Shown one piece after another: positions 7,449-15,797 of a stretch of DNA of 64,000 nucleotides. Location of the stretch: positions 177,484 to 241,483 of the forward strand of contig CAZBLW010000001.1 in assembly GCA_964493305.1 (NCBI GenBank), given 5' to 3'. Position 1 is the stretch's first letter, and every line of letters starts with the position of its first letter. This DNA comes from an uncultured Gammaproteobacteria bacterium (lineage in GTDB: Bacteria > Patescibacteriota > Patescibacteriia > S139-126). The notes below the pieces were generated by a model, which did not search any database, was not told the origin of the DNA, and worked only from the letters and a program-made list of their open reading frames with translations. The position numbers and the translations under genes were made by a program.

Positions 7449-8639
7449 ATGAAAAAAATTTTTATTGGTTTATTTTTATTTATTACTTGGTTAATTCCAG
7501 CCAATGCTTTAGCCAATACGACAAATATTTATTTTTTTTGGGGACAGGGTTGTCCGCATTGCGCCAAAGAAAAAACTTTTTTGGCAAAATATATTGATGA
7601 AAATCATCAAGTTAAACTTTATGATTATGAAGTTTATTACAATCAAAATAACCAAGAATCATTACAGGCTCTTGGCAAGTCTTTAGGTTTTTCTATTCAA
7701 GGTGTACCAGTAACTATTATTGGTGACCAACCCTTGGTGGGTTTTAGTGAAACTATAACACCTGCTGAAATAGAGCGTCGGATTGATGCTTGTTTGCAAC
7801 TTGGTTGTCCAGATAAAACCAGTGAAATTTTAGGGATAGCTAAAACAGCACCAATTGCTATTTCAAATTCAGACACTTTAGCAGTTGAGTCAGATAAAAT
7901 CAAATTACCCTGGTTGGGTGAAATTGAAACCAAAAATTTTTCTTTGCCAGTACTAACTATTATTTTAGGAGCGCTTGATGGATTTAATCCCTGTGCGATG
8001 TGGGTACTGTTGTTTCTCATAAGTTTGTTACTAGGCATGAAAGATAAAAAACGGATGTGGATTTTGGGTAGTGCATTTATTATTGCCTCAGCTATGGTTT
8101 ATTTTTTGTTTATGGCCGCTTGGCTAAATTTGATAATTTTTTTAGGATTTATTGTTTGGGTTAGAGTATTGATAGGAATTTTGGCTTTGGTAGGTGGTGG
8201 TTACAATTTGAAAGAGTATTTTACCAATCCCACCGGTGCTTGTAAGGTGACCGGTACGGAAAAAAGACAGAAAATTTTCAGTCGGTTACAAGAAATTACT
8301 AAATCTAACAGTTTTTATTTAGCACTGGGTGGTATTGTTTTGTTGGCAGTAGCGGTCAACTTGGTAGAGCTTATTTGTTCAGCGGGACTGCCAACAGTTT
8401 ATACTCAAATTTTAGCCTTAAATAGTTTAACCAGTTGGCAGTATTATTTATATATTTTGCTTTATATTTTTGTGTTTATGCTTGATGATATGTTGGTTTT
8501 TTTTATTGCCATGGCTACTTTACAAGTAACTGGACTGACTACCAAATACTCCCGTTATTCACATTTAATTGGCGGTGTTTTGATGTTAATTATTGGTATA
8601 TTGCTTATCTTTAAGCCTGAAGTATTGATGTTTGGCTAA
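7449..8639 (+). CDS. thioredoxin-like domain (CPHC) fused to a CcdA/DsbD-type transmembrane thiol-disulfide transporter
   Basis: Signal peptide, WGQGCPHCAKE thioredoxin motif, then the TM core with GFNPCAMWVLLF and LVELICSAGLP conserved cysteines. Confidence 0.75.
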   Translation: MKKIFIGLFLFITWLIPANALANTTNIYFFWGQGCPHCAKEKTFLAKYIDENHQVKLYDYEVYYNQNNQESLQALGKSLGFSIQGVPVTIIGDQPLVGFSETITPAEIERRIDACLQLGCPDKTSEILGIAKTAPIAISNSDTLAVESDKIKLPWLGEIETKNFSLPVLTIILGALDGFNPCAMWVLLFLISLLLGMKDKKRMWILGSAFIIASAMVYFLFMAAWLNLIIFLGFIVWVRVLIGILALVGGGYNLKEYFTNPTGACKVTGTEKRQKIFSRLQEITKSNSFYLALGGIVLLAVAVNLVELICSAGLPTVYTQILALNSLTSWQYYLYILLYIFVFMLDDMLVFFIAMATLQVTGLTTKYSRYSHLIGGVLMLIIGILLIFKPEVLMFG

Positions 8640-8709
8640 ATAACTGTTAATTACTTTATTCTGATATTTGATATATAATAATTAGTAGTAATTAATAATT
8701 GTTTTTATT

Positions 8710-9648
8710 ATGACTAGAAATAAAATATTTCTTATTATTTGGTTAATTTTATTGGCTGTTTTGTTGGTAGGGGCGGGAATCTGGGCTTTGCGCTTATGGG
8801 ATCAAAAGCAATTAGATGAAGTAGTACCAATCAATCAAAATAGCAGTCAGCCAATTGTTGGTAATGATGTTGATAGTTATGGCTGCTTAACTTCCGCTGG
8901 TTATGGTTGGTGTGAGGCTAGTCAGAAGTGTTTGCGAATTTTTGAAGAATTTTGTCCAGATATGGCAACTGGTTTAGTCGGGGCAGTTCGGCAGAATACC
9001 GGAATAGTTTTTACTGGACCAGTTCAGAAAAGTTTCAATTGGGTAACGGGTGATGAAACTACTCAGGCTGATGTTGCCATTGATGGTTTATCTTTTCAAG
9101 CAGAAAATTTGACTATGAATGGTGTTACTACTATAGAAAATTTTCTCAATTCTCTGGCTCAGACTGATTCTTTCAATTTAGCTGATGGTGTTGTTGGTGG
9201 ACAGCGAGGGTATTATTTCAACTATATGGCTTGTTTGTATAATTTTCGTAACAATGAACAGGTAACAACTGAAGCAACTACCACTGAAGCAACTACAACC
9301 GAAGTAGTTAACGATACTTACAATGTAGAATTATCTTGTGGTTATTTTAATCCCAACGATATGCCACAAATAATTACTCAACAAAAAATTAGAGAACTAT
9401 TTGCTCAAAAGTATGATCGTAGCACGGATGAAGTAACCATTGCCATAACTACCAGTACAGCAGATCATATGCGGGGTAGCGTCAAGTTTGGTGATGGTAC
9501 CAAAGGCGAAGGTGGAATATTTTTTGCTGCCAAAGTTGATAACGAGTGGAAGTTGGTGTTTGATGGTAACGGCATGATACCTTGTAATTTATTGACTGAA
9601 TATAAATTTCCTGACGATTTTCAGACTGATTGCGCACCACTAGAATAA
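8710..9648 (+). CDS. hypothetical secreted protein with a TTEATTTEATTTE repeat
   Basis: N-terminal TM/signal region, a short Thr/Glu/Ala tandem repeat and several Cys. Confidence 0.5.
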   Translation: MTRNKIFLIIWLILLAVLLVGAGIWALRLWDQKQLDEVVPINQNSSQPIVGNDVDSYGCLTSAGYGWCEASQKCLRIFEEFCPDMATGLVGAVRQNTGIVFTGPVQKSFNWVTGDETTQADVAIDGLSFQAENLTMNGVTTIENFLNSLAQTDSFNLADGVVGGQRGYYFNYMACLYNFRNNEQVTTEATTTEATTTEVVNDTYNVELSCGYFNPNDMPQIITQQKIRELFAQKYDRSTDEVTIAITTSTADHMRGSVKFGDGTKGEGGIFFAAKVDNEWKLVFDGNGMIPCNLLTEYKFPDDFQTDCAPLE

Positions 9649-9655
9649 TTTTTTA

Positions 9656-9681
9656 AAACCTCGCTAGTTAGCGAGGTTTTT
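9656..9681 (+). terminator. rho-independent terminator (aaacctcgctagttagcgaggttttt)
   Basis: Stem cctcgc/gcgagg followed by a T-run. Confidence 0.7.
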
Positions 9682-9736
9682 ATAGTGGCACTTTTCTAAG
9701 TATTTATTTATCTAACCGCCTAGTTGGCGGGTAATT

Positions 9737-9782
9737 TTGACATTTATTCAATAATATTATAATATCCCTATATAGGGGATAT
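9737..9782 (+). promoter_or_regulatory. promoter TTGACA(9737)-17-TAATAT(9760) with an overlapping palindromic operator ATATCCCTATATAGGGGATAT (9762..9782), a CsoR-type site
   Basis: Near-perfect inverted repeat with C3/G4 tracts overlapping the -10, immediately upstream of csoR. Confidence 0.6.
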
Positions 9783-9820
9783 CGAAAAATTATCAATTAT
9801 AAATTATTAATTTTAAAAAT

Positions 9821-10093
9821 ATGGATAGAAGAAGGAAAACGACGGTTAAATCGCGGGCCTTGCATCGGATAAAGATCATTCAAGGCCATTTGCGTTCAAT
9901 TGAAAAAATGCTTGGTAACAACACTTACTGCATAGATATTGTCCACCAATCGCGGGCAGTACAAAAAGCTTTAAAACAACTTGATTTATTGATTATTGAG
10001 GATCATCTAAAACACTGTGTAGTCAATCAAGTACATCAAGGTCAAGAACAAAAAACTACTAAAGAACTTTTAAAATTATATGAATACAAATAA
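9821..10093 (+). CDS. csoR: CsoR/RcnR-family metal-sensing transcriptional repressor (copper-sensing)
   Basis: RIEGHLRSIEKML..YCIDIVHQSRAVQKAL..LLIIEDHLKHCV carries the conserved Cys/His/Cys ligand positions of CsoR (DUF156). Confidence 0.85.
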   Translation: MDRRRKTTVKSRALHRIKIIQGHLRSIEKMLGNNTYCIDIVHQSRAVQKALKQLDLLIIEDHLKHCVVNQVHQGQEQKTTKELLKLYEYK

Positions 10094-11564
10094 AGATAAT
10101 AAAAAGATCTATTATGTGGAGGGTATGCATTGCTCCTCCTGTGAATTGTTGATTGAAAAAAAGTTATTGAAAAAATTTGACGTCAAGGCCGCAGATGCTT
10201 CTTTAAATAAAAATCAAGTAGAAGTTTATTTAGCTGATGAGCAAGCTTTGGATTTAGCAGCAATTAATCAAGAATTTAAAAATTTAGGATATAGCTTTTT
10301 TGAAAAACCCAAAGCAAAAAAAATAAAAAAATTATTTTATCGTGCCAACAATAGATGGCATGTAAATAAAGAAAAACTGGCTTCTTTTTTAAAAATTATT
10401 GTTGGGTCTGCGATTTTTTTGTTGGCTTATTATTTTTTAGATAAATGGCAGTTGGGTAGATTTGTATCCGTTGATACTCGTTCTTCTTTGCCAGCTTTTT
10501 TTGTTTTAGGTTTGGTGGCTGGGATTTCTAGTTGCGCGGCTTTGGTAGGTGGGTTATTGCTCTCGCTGACTAAAAAATGGCATGAAGTGTACATTGATAG
10601 TGAAAATAAAAAAGAAAAATTACTACCACACTGGTTATTTCATTTGGGGAGATTGGTGTCATTTTTTATTTTGGGTGGTTTATTGGGTTTATTGGGTAGC
10701 GGTTTGTCTTTCAATAGTTCCACTAGTTATGCTATTTTAGTTGGTTTAGTTTCGCTATTAATGATTGTTTTGGCTTTACAAATGTTGGAGGTGGGGTGGG
10801 CAAAAAAAATTTCTTTTAGTCTACCAAAATTTTTTACCAGCAAAATTGTCAGTGAAAACAATTGGTCAGGTAAATTTTTTCCATTTATTATTGGTGGGCT
10901 AACTTTTTTTCTTCCTTGCGGATTTACTTTAATTGCCCAAGGTATTGCCTTGACTACTGGTAGTTTTTTTATCGGGGGAATGATTATGTTGTTTTTTGCT
11001 TTGGGAACTTTGCCTATGCTAGCTGGCATTAGTTATTCTGGTTATCGTTTTACTCAAAAACCTCATTTAACGGCGAAGTTCTCTCGGATAGCTGGAATTA
11101 TTGTTATTTTTTTTGCTTTTTATAATATCAATGGACAGTTAAATGTTTTAGGTCTACCCAGTCTACACGATGTTAAAAATTATTCAGCAGCAAAAACTCA
11201 AACTCAATCAGGGCCCACTATTTTATTTGGCCCTGATGCCGGTAAAAGTTTACCAATCAGTAGTGATACTAATCAACAAAAAGAAATTAATGATGTTCAG
11301 AAATTAAATATAATCGCCAAGGATTTTGAATATACCAATTTAGGTAGCACTATTTTAAAAGCCGACATACCCACTGTGATGATAGTAGATAATCAAGGAG
11401 TTTTGGGTTGTGGTGCCCAAATGGCGGCACGGGGTTTGTTTAGTGGTTTTGTCAATTTAAAACCGGGTGAAAATCAAGTTAATTTAGGCAAACCCAAGGC
11501 TGGTAGTTATAAAATTACTTGTTCCATGGGCATGGTGCCACCATTAACAGTAACTTTTCAATAA
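10080..11564 (+). CDS. heavy-metal-associated (MHCSSC) domain fused to a multi-TM permease with conserved TM cysteines (DsbD_2/TauE-like) and a C-terminal Cys/Met-rich soluble domain
   Basis: YYVEGMHCSSCE HMA motif; TM region with ISSCAALVGG and FFLPCGFTL; C-terminal ..GVLGCGAQMAARG..KITCSMGMVPP. The family assignment for the membrane core is tentative. Confidence 0.55.
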   Translation: MNTNKDNKKIYYVEGMHCSSCELLIEKKLLKKFDVKAADASLNKNQVEVYLADEQALDLAAINQEFKNLGYSFFEKPKAKKIKKLFYRANNRWHVNKEKLASFLKIIVGSAIFLLAYYFLDKWQLGRFVSVDTRSSLPAFFVLGLVAGISSCAALVGGLLLSLTKKWHEVYIDSENKKEKLLPHWLFHLGRLVSFFILGGLLGLLGSGLSFNSSTSYAILVGLVSLLMIVLALQMLEVGWAKKISFSLPKFFTSKIVSENNWSGKFFPFIIGGLTFFLPCGFTLIAQGIALTTGSFFIGGMIMLFFALGTLPMLAGISYSGYRFTQKPHLTAKFSRIAGIIVIFFAFYNINGQLNVLGLPSLHDVKNYSAAKTQTQSGPTILFGPDAGKSLPISSDTNQQKEINDVQKLNIIAKDFEYTNLGSTILKADIPTVMIVDNQGVLGCGAQMAARGLFSGFVNLKPGENQVNLGKPKAGSYKITCSMGMVPPLTVTFQ

Positions 11565-11565
11565 T

Positions 11566-11787
11566 ATGGAGACTAAAATACAAATTAAAGGTATGCATTG
11601 TAACGCTTGTTTAGCACTTATTAGGATGGAACTTGAAGAAAAAGGTTGGGGTGACAGGATAAAAGACATTCAACTAGTAGCTGGTCAAGAAAAAGGGTTA
11701 GTTTATTTTTCTCAACTAACTGCGGATGAATTACATCAGGTGGAAAGTACAATAAATAATTTAGATAATTATCAAGTAATAAAATAA
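11566..11787 (+). CDS. copZ: copper chaperone CopZ (HMA domain)
   Basis: [13 protein letters not shown] in a 73-aa ferredoxin-like protein. Confidence 0.8.
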   Translation: METKIQIKGMHCNACLALIRMELEEKGWGDRIKDIQLVAGQEKGLVYFSQLTADELHQVESTINNLDNYQVIK

Positions 11788-11792
11788 ATTAT

Positions 11793-14246
11793 ATGATTAC
11801 TAAAATATATCCTATTGTCGGCATGCATTGTGCGGCGTGTAAAAATTTAATTGAAAAAATGGTTGGTAAATTGGATGGAGTGGAAGGGGTAGAAGTGAAT
11901 TATGCGGCTGAGCAAATGAAAGTAGTTTATGATGAAAATAAGATAACTGTACAAGATTTAATAACGGCAGTTAGTAGCGCCGGTAGTTATCGCTTAATAA
12001 CTACAGATAGCAACCATACTATTTTAGCTGATCCTCATCAGGCCAAAAAGATAACTTCTCAGTACCCTGATCATCATAATCATGTTGCCACCTTGCGTCA
12101 GCAGGAGTATTTACATTTACAAAAAAAAGTTTGGTGGGTGGGTTTAGCTAGTTTGCCTTTTTTGGTGATTATGATTTTTATGGTGGCAGCTGCGTTTAAG
12201 TTTATAGCTATGCCCATGTCGCCCCTGGGCTATTTGACATTCGAGCAATTTAACTATCAGATTGATTTATTTTATTTGCTGCAATTTTTAGTTGCCACAC
12301 CAATTATCTTTTTTGGCGGTAAACAATTTTTTCAAAGTGCTTGGCAAGCAGTTCGAGTAAAATCAGCTAATATGGATACCTTGATTGCCTTAGGAACTTT
12401 TGTTGCTTGGTCGTATTCTACTATGGTAACTTTCTTGCCCAATTTATTTAGTCAGTTGGCGGTTGAGGTTTTTTTTGAGGCAGGCGTATTTATTACTTTT
12501 TTTATTCTGTTAGGGCGTTTATTGGAAGCTCGTGCCAAAGGACAAGCTAGCGATGCGATCAAAGCTTTGTTACAGCTGGGAGCAAAAGCAGCTACAGTAG
12601 TACGTGATGGTAAAGAGATAACCTTGCCAGTCAATGAGGTTTTAGTAGCTGATGTAGTAGTTGTTAGACCAGGAGAGAAGATACCGGTAGACGGTAAAAT
12701 AATATCAGGCAATAGTACTATAGATGAGTCCATGGTTACTGGTGAGTCGATGCCGGTAGAAAAAAATGTAGGTGATTTAGTAATTGGTGCCACCATAAAT
12801 AAAATAGGTAGTTTTAAATTTGTTGCCACAAAAGTCGGTGAAGATACTCTGTTGGCACAAATAATTAAAATGGTTCAAGAAGCTCAAGGTAGTACTCCAC
12901 CTATTCAAAAATTGGCAGACAGAATTTCTGCAGTTTTTGTACCAATAGTTGTAATCATTGCAGTATTTAGTTTTATTTTTTGGTTGTTGATCGCCCCTCG
13001 ACTGGGTTTGGTTGGTGGGGACACATCCACTTTACAACTAGCGTTATATATTGCGATCACCGTGTTAATCATTGCTTGTCCTTGTGCTTTGGGACTAGCA
13101 ACTCCTACGGCTGTAATGGTAGGTTCGGGTAAGGCTGCAAAAAATGGAATTTTGATAAAAGATGCCACAGCATTAGAGTGGTCCAATAAAATTGAAAAGA
13201 TTGTTTTTGATAAAACCGGAACATTGACCAAAGGTGAACCAGCAGTGACTGATTGGCAAATAGCTAACCAGGAAGATAAAGATGAAATTTTACGTTTAGC
13301 CTATGCAGTTGAACATTTATCTGAGCATCCTTTGTCTACTGCTATCACCAATTATGCCAAACAGCATAATTTAGCGAATGATTTAAAAGTAGAAAATTTT
13401 CAAAGTTTAGTTGGTTTGGGCGTAACAGCAGTAGTTTCAGGCAAAAAAATAATATTGGGAAATGAAAAATTATTTATTAACGAACAAATAAATATTGAAA
13501 GTTTTGGTGAAACTGCTACAAGGTGGAAAAATACTGGTCAGACATTGGTTTATATGGGAATTGACAATAGTGTTGTTGCTCTATTTGCTTTGGCTGATGT
13601 AGTTAAAAATGAAGCTCCAGAATCACTCAATAAATTGCGAAGCTTGGGTATTACCACCATTATGTTAACTGGTGACAATGAGATGACTGCTCGCACAATT
13701 GCAAATCAATTGGGGATAGATGATATAATCGCTGAAGTGCTGCCACAAGACAAAGCCGAGATTATCAAGAAATTACAAAAAAATACAAAAGGCAAGATAG
13801 CTATGGTGGGCGATGGCATCAATGACGCACCAGCTCTGGCACAAGCTGATATTGGTATAGCTATGGGCACAGGTACTGATGTGGCAATTGAGACTGGTAG
13901 CATTGTTTTGGTTAAAGGAAGTTTAGATAAAGTAGTAGAAACCATAGAACTATCCCGTTTGACTTTTGGCATCATCAAACAAAATTTATTCTGGGCGTTT
14001 GGTTACAATGTTATTGCAATTCCGGTTGCAGCTGGTATTTTGTATTCTGCTTTTGGTTTATTACTCTCGCCAATTATTGCTTCTGCCGCTATGGCTTTTA
14101 GCTCTATTTCAGTGGTATTAAATAGTTTACGGTTGAAAAAGTTGACTACAAAAAATAAGAATTTATCAAATTTGTTTTTTTATATTTTTATTTTTATTTT
14201 TGTTGCGCTGGTGTTTTATTTTGGTGCAATTTTAGGAAGGATGTAA
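11793..14246 (+). CDS. copA: copper-translocating P1B-type ATPase
   Basis: N-terminal [14 protein letters not shown](ALGLATP) ion site, DKTGTLT phosphorylation motif, [10 protein letters not shown] hinge. Confidence 0.92.
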   Translation: MITKIYPIVGMHCAACKNLIEKMVGKLDGVEGVEVNYAAEQMKVVYDENKITVQDLITAVSSAGSYRLITTDSNHTILADPHQAKKITSQYPDHHNHVATLRQQEYLHLQKKVWWVGLASLPFLVIMIFMVAAAFKFIAMPMSPLGYLTFEQFNYQIDLFYLLQFLVATPIIFFGGKQFFQSAWQAVRVKSANMDTLIALGTFVAWSYSTMVTFLPNLFSQLAVEVFFEAGVFITFFILLGRLLEARAKGQASDAIKALLQLGAKAATVVRDGKEITLPVNEVLVADVVVVRPGEKIPVDGKIISGNSTIDESMVTGESMPVEKNVGDLVIGATINKIGSFKFVATKVGEDTLLAQIIKMVQEAQGSTPPIQKLADRISAVFVPIVVIIAVFSFIFWLLIAPRLGLVGGDTSTLQLALYIAITVLIIACPCALGLATPTAVMVGSGKAAKNGILIKDATALEWSNKIEKIVFDKTGTLTKGEPAVTDWQIANQEDKDEILRLAYAVEHLSEHPLSTAITNYAKQHNLANDLKVENFQSLVGLGVTAVVSGKKIILGNEKLFINEQINIESFGETATRWKNTGQTLVYMGIDNSVVALFALADVVKNEAPESLNKLRSLGITTIMLTGDNEMTARTIANQLGIDDIIAEVLPQDKAEIIKKLQKNTKGKIAMVGDGINDAPALAQADIGIAMGTGTDVAIETGSIVLVKGSLDKVVETIELSRLTFGIIKQNLFWAFGYNVIAIPVAAGILYSAFGLLLSPIIASAAMAFSSISVVLNSLRLKKLTTKNKNLSNLFFYIFIFIFVALVFYFGAILGRM

Positions 14247-14316
14247 AAATTACCCTTGGAAATAATTGATTTTCAGTATATAATAAGCTAGCATCTAAAA
14301 ATTAATTATTTTATAT

Positions 14317-14694
14317 ATGCGTAAAAGTTTGCTAGTTGTATTTATGTTCCTGATGGTTTTTTTAGTTGGTTGTACCACTAAACCAGTGAGTCAACCAGTG
14401 GAAACAAACTCAGTAAATAATACTAACAATGAAGATATGACAAATAACAATCCAACTTATAAAATGTCAGAAGTAGCTAGTCACAATACAGCCAGTGATT
14501 GTTGGTCAGTAGTTAGAGGACAAGTGTATGATTTGACTGAATGGATTGCTAAACACCCGGGCGGTGAAGCAGCTATCACCCAGTTGTGTGGAGTTGATGG
14601 TACTGATAAGTTTGTGGGAAAGCATGGCGGTAGTAGTTTGCAGGAAAATACTTTGGCAGAATACAAAATAGGCGATCTATCTGCTGAACAATAA
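14317..14694 (+). CDS. lipoprotein with a cytochrome b5-like heme-binding domain
   Basis: Lipobox FLVGC; HNTASDCWSVVRGQVYDLTEWIAKHPGG..CGVDGTDKF..HG matches the cytochrome b5 HPGG signature. Confidence 0.65.
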   Translation: MRKSLLVVFMFLMVFLVGCTTKPVSQPVETNSVNNTNNEDMTNNNPTYKMSEVASHNTASDCWSVVRGQVYDLTEWIAKHPGGEAAITQLCGVDGTDKFVGKHGGSSLQENTLAEYKIGDLSAEQ

Positions 14695-14705
14695 AATAAA
14701 ATTTA

Positions 14706-14732
14706 AAACCCTTTGTCGATACAAAGGGTTTT
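14706..14732. terminator. bidirectional rho-independent terminator (aaaccctttgtcgatacaaagggtttt)
   Basis: Perfect 9-bp stem flanked by A-run and T-run, between convergent genes. Confidence 0.8.
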
Positions 14733-14737
14733 TTGTT

Positions 14738-15067
14738 TTAGAGATAAGTTTTAGCTGCCATGCGTAAAGTGTCATAACTGCCATCATTGAGGCCACGTTG
14801 GTACATTAGGGTAAGCATACGTTCAATCGTTAAAATATCATCTGGATTTTTTATTTTCTGGACAATAATGCCAAAATCAAACAAAACTGTTTTAACGTCT
14901 TCTTGATCAAATTTTTCCGGGTGCATTAAATCTATAAATTCAAATTCAATATTCGGGTGATTTTTTTGAATATATTGTTTTGCTTGTGAAGGCAGTAAAC
15001 TATCAACTAGCATGACACATGGTACCAGGCGGCGGCCCTTTTTAATATTAATTAATACTGGGTACAT
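14738..15067 (-). CDS. hypothetical protein
   Basis: 109 aa with no recognised motif. Confidence 0.45.
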   Translation of the reverse strand: MYPVLINIKKGRRLVPCVMLVDSLLPSQAKQYIQKNHPNIEFEFIDLMHPEKFDQEDVKTVLFDFGIIVQKIKNPDDILTIERMLTLMYQRGLNDGSYDTLRMAAKTYL

Positions 15068-15172
15068 AATGAACCTCCTTATTTTTAAGTTGCATAACTT
15101 ATGCAGATTAAAACCAATGTCTTATTTTGTCAATAAATAGCGATTCTATTGGTAAATATTGGCATTTTAGTA

Positions 15173-15201
15173 TTGACAAAATCCGAAAAATATGCTATCA
15201 T
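15173..15201 (+). promoter_or_regulatory. promoter TTGACA-17-TATCAT, a paralogue of the 5343 promoter module
   Basis: agtattgacaaaatccgaaaaatatgctatcat against agtattgacaaaatcgaaaaaatgtgctatact. Confidence 0.55.
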
Positions 15202-15249
15202 CAATGGTTAGTTCTTAAATAATTTATCACAAATCAATAGGAGATCGTC

Positions 15250-15732
15250 ATGCATATCAGGCCAAAACATATTATCGTATTGATAATAATGCTTTTCACC
15301 AGTACTTTTCTACTTGATTCTTTTAAAATGGTAAAAGAAGCAGATTACGTTTGTTATTATTCATATCAGTATATAGCAGATGGTTTTCCACCTGCAAGTG
15401 AAATTTCTGACATGGATAATCATGCTCGAGTGGCATTATTTTTTTATCTTTTCTTGGCAGCAGCCATTATTATGTTTTACTTTGTAAAAAATAAAACAGT
15501 CGGGCTTTTTCCGGTAGGTATTATAATATTTTCCGCAATCGTTCTTTCCGTGGTCAGAATTTTTACGACCATGAAGGTAGAAACCTTTCACTGGGAAAAT
15601 ATTTTTGCACCTTTGGTCTTAGGTTTAACCTATGGATTAGTAATTTTTCTCTGGAGATATCAATTTCCAGAAATTAGATTTAAAAAATCAAAAATTGCAA
15701 AAGAATACGAAAAAGCCCATGCAAGTGAATAA
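15250..15732 (+). CDS. hypothetical integral membrane protein (4 TM)
   Basis: 160 aa with hydrophobic helices and an SD AGGAGA upstream. Confidence 0.5.
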   Translation: MHIRPKHIIVLIIMLFTSTFLLDSFKMVKEADYVCYYSYQYIADGFPPASEISDMDNHARVALFFYLFLAAAIIMFYFVKNKTVGLFPVGIIIFSAIVLSVVRIFTTMKVETFHWENIFAPLVLGLTYGLVIFLWRYQFPEIRFKKSKIAKEYEKAHASE

Positions 15733-15749
15733 TAGTTAAATTAAATTTT

Positions 15750-15778
15750 AACCCGCAACAACGTTTGCGGGTTTTTTA
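15750..15778. terminator. bidirectional terminator (aacccgcaaacaacgtttgcgggtt + T-run)
   Basis: Stem cccgcaaac/gtttgcggg between convergent genes. Confidence 0.75.
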
Positions 15779-15797
15779 TTTCGTTTAAATTATTAGA

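Noticed and set aside
12452-13978. Antisense ORFs inside copA (12452..12829, 12905..13231, 13706..13978)
   Set aside because: They are embedded in a gene with unambiguous P-type ATPase motifs and have low-complexity translations. They are typical shadow ORFs.
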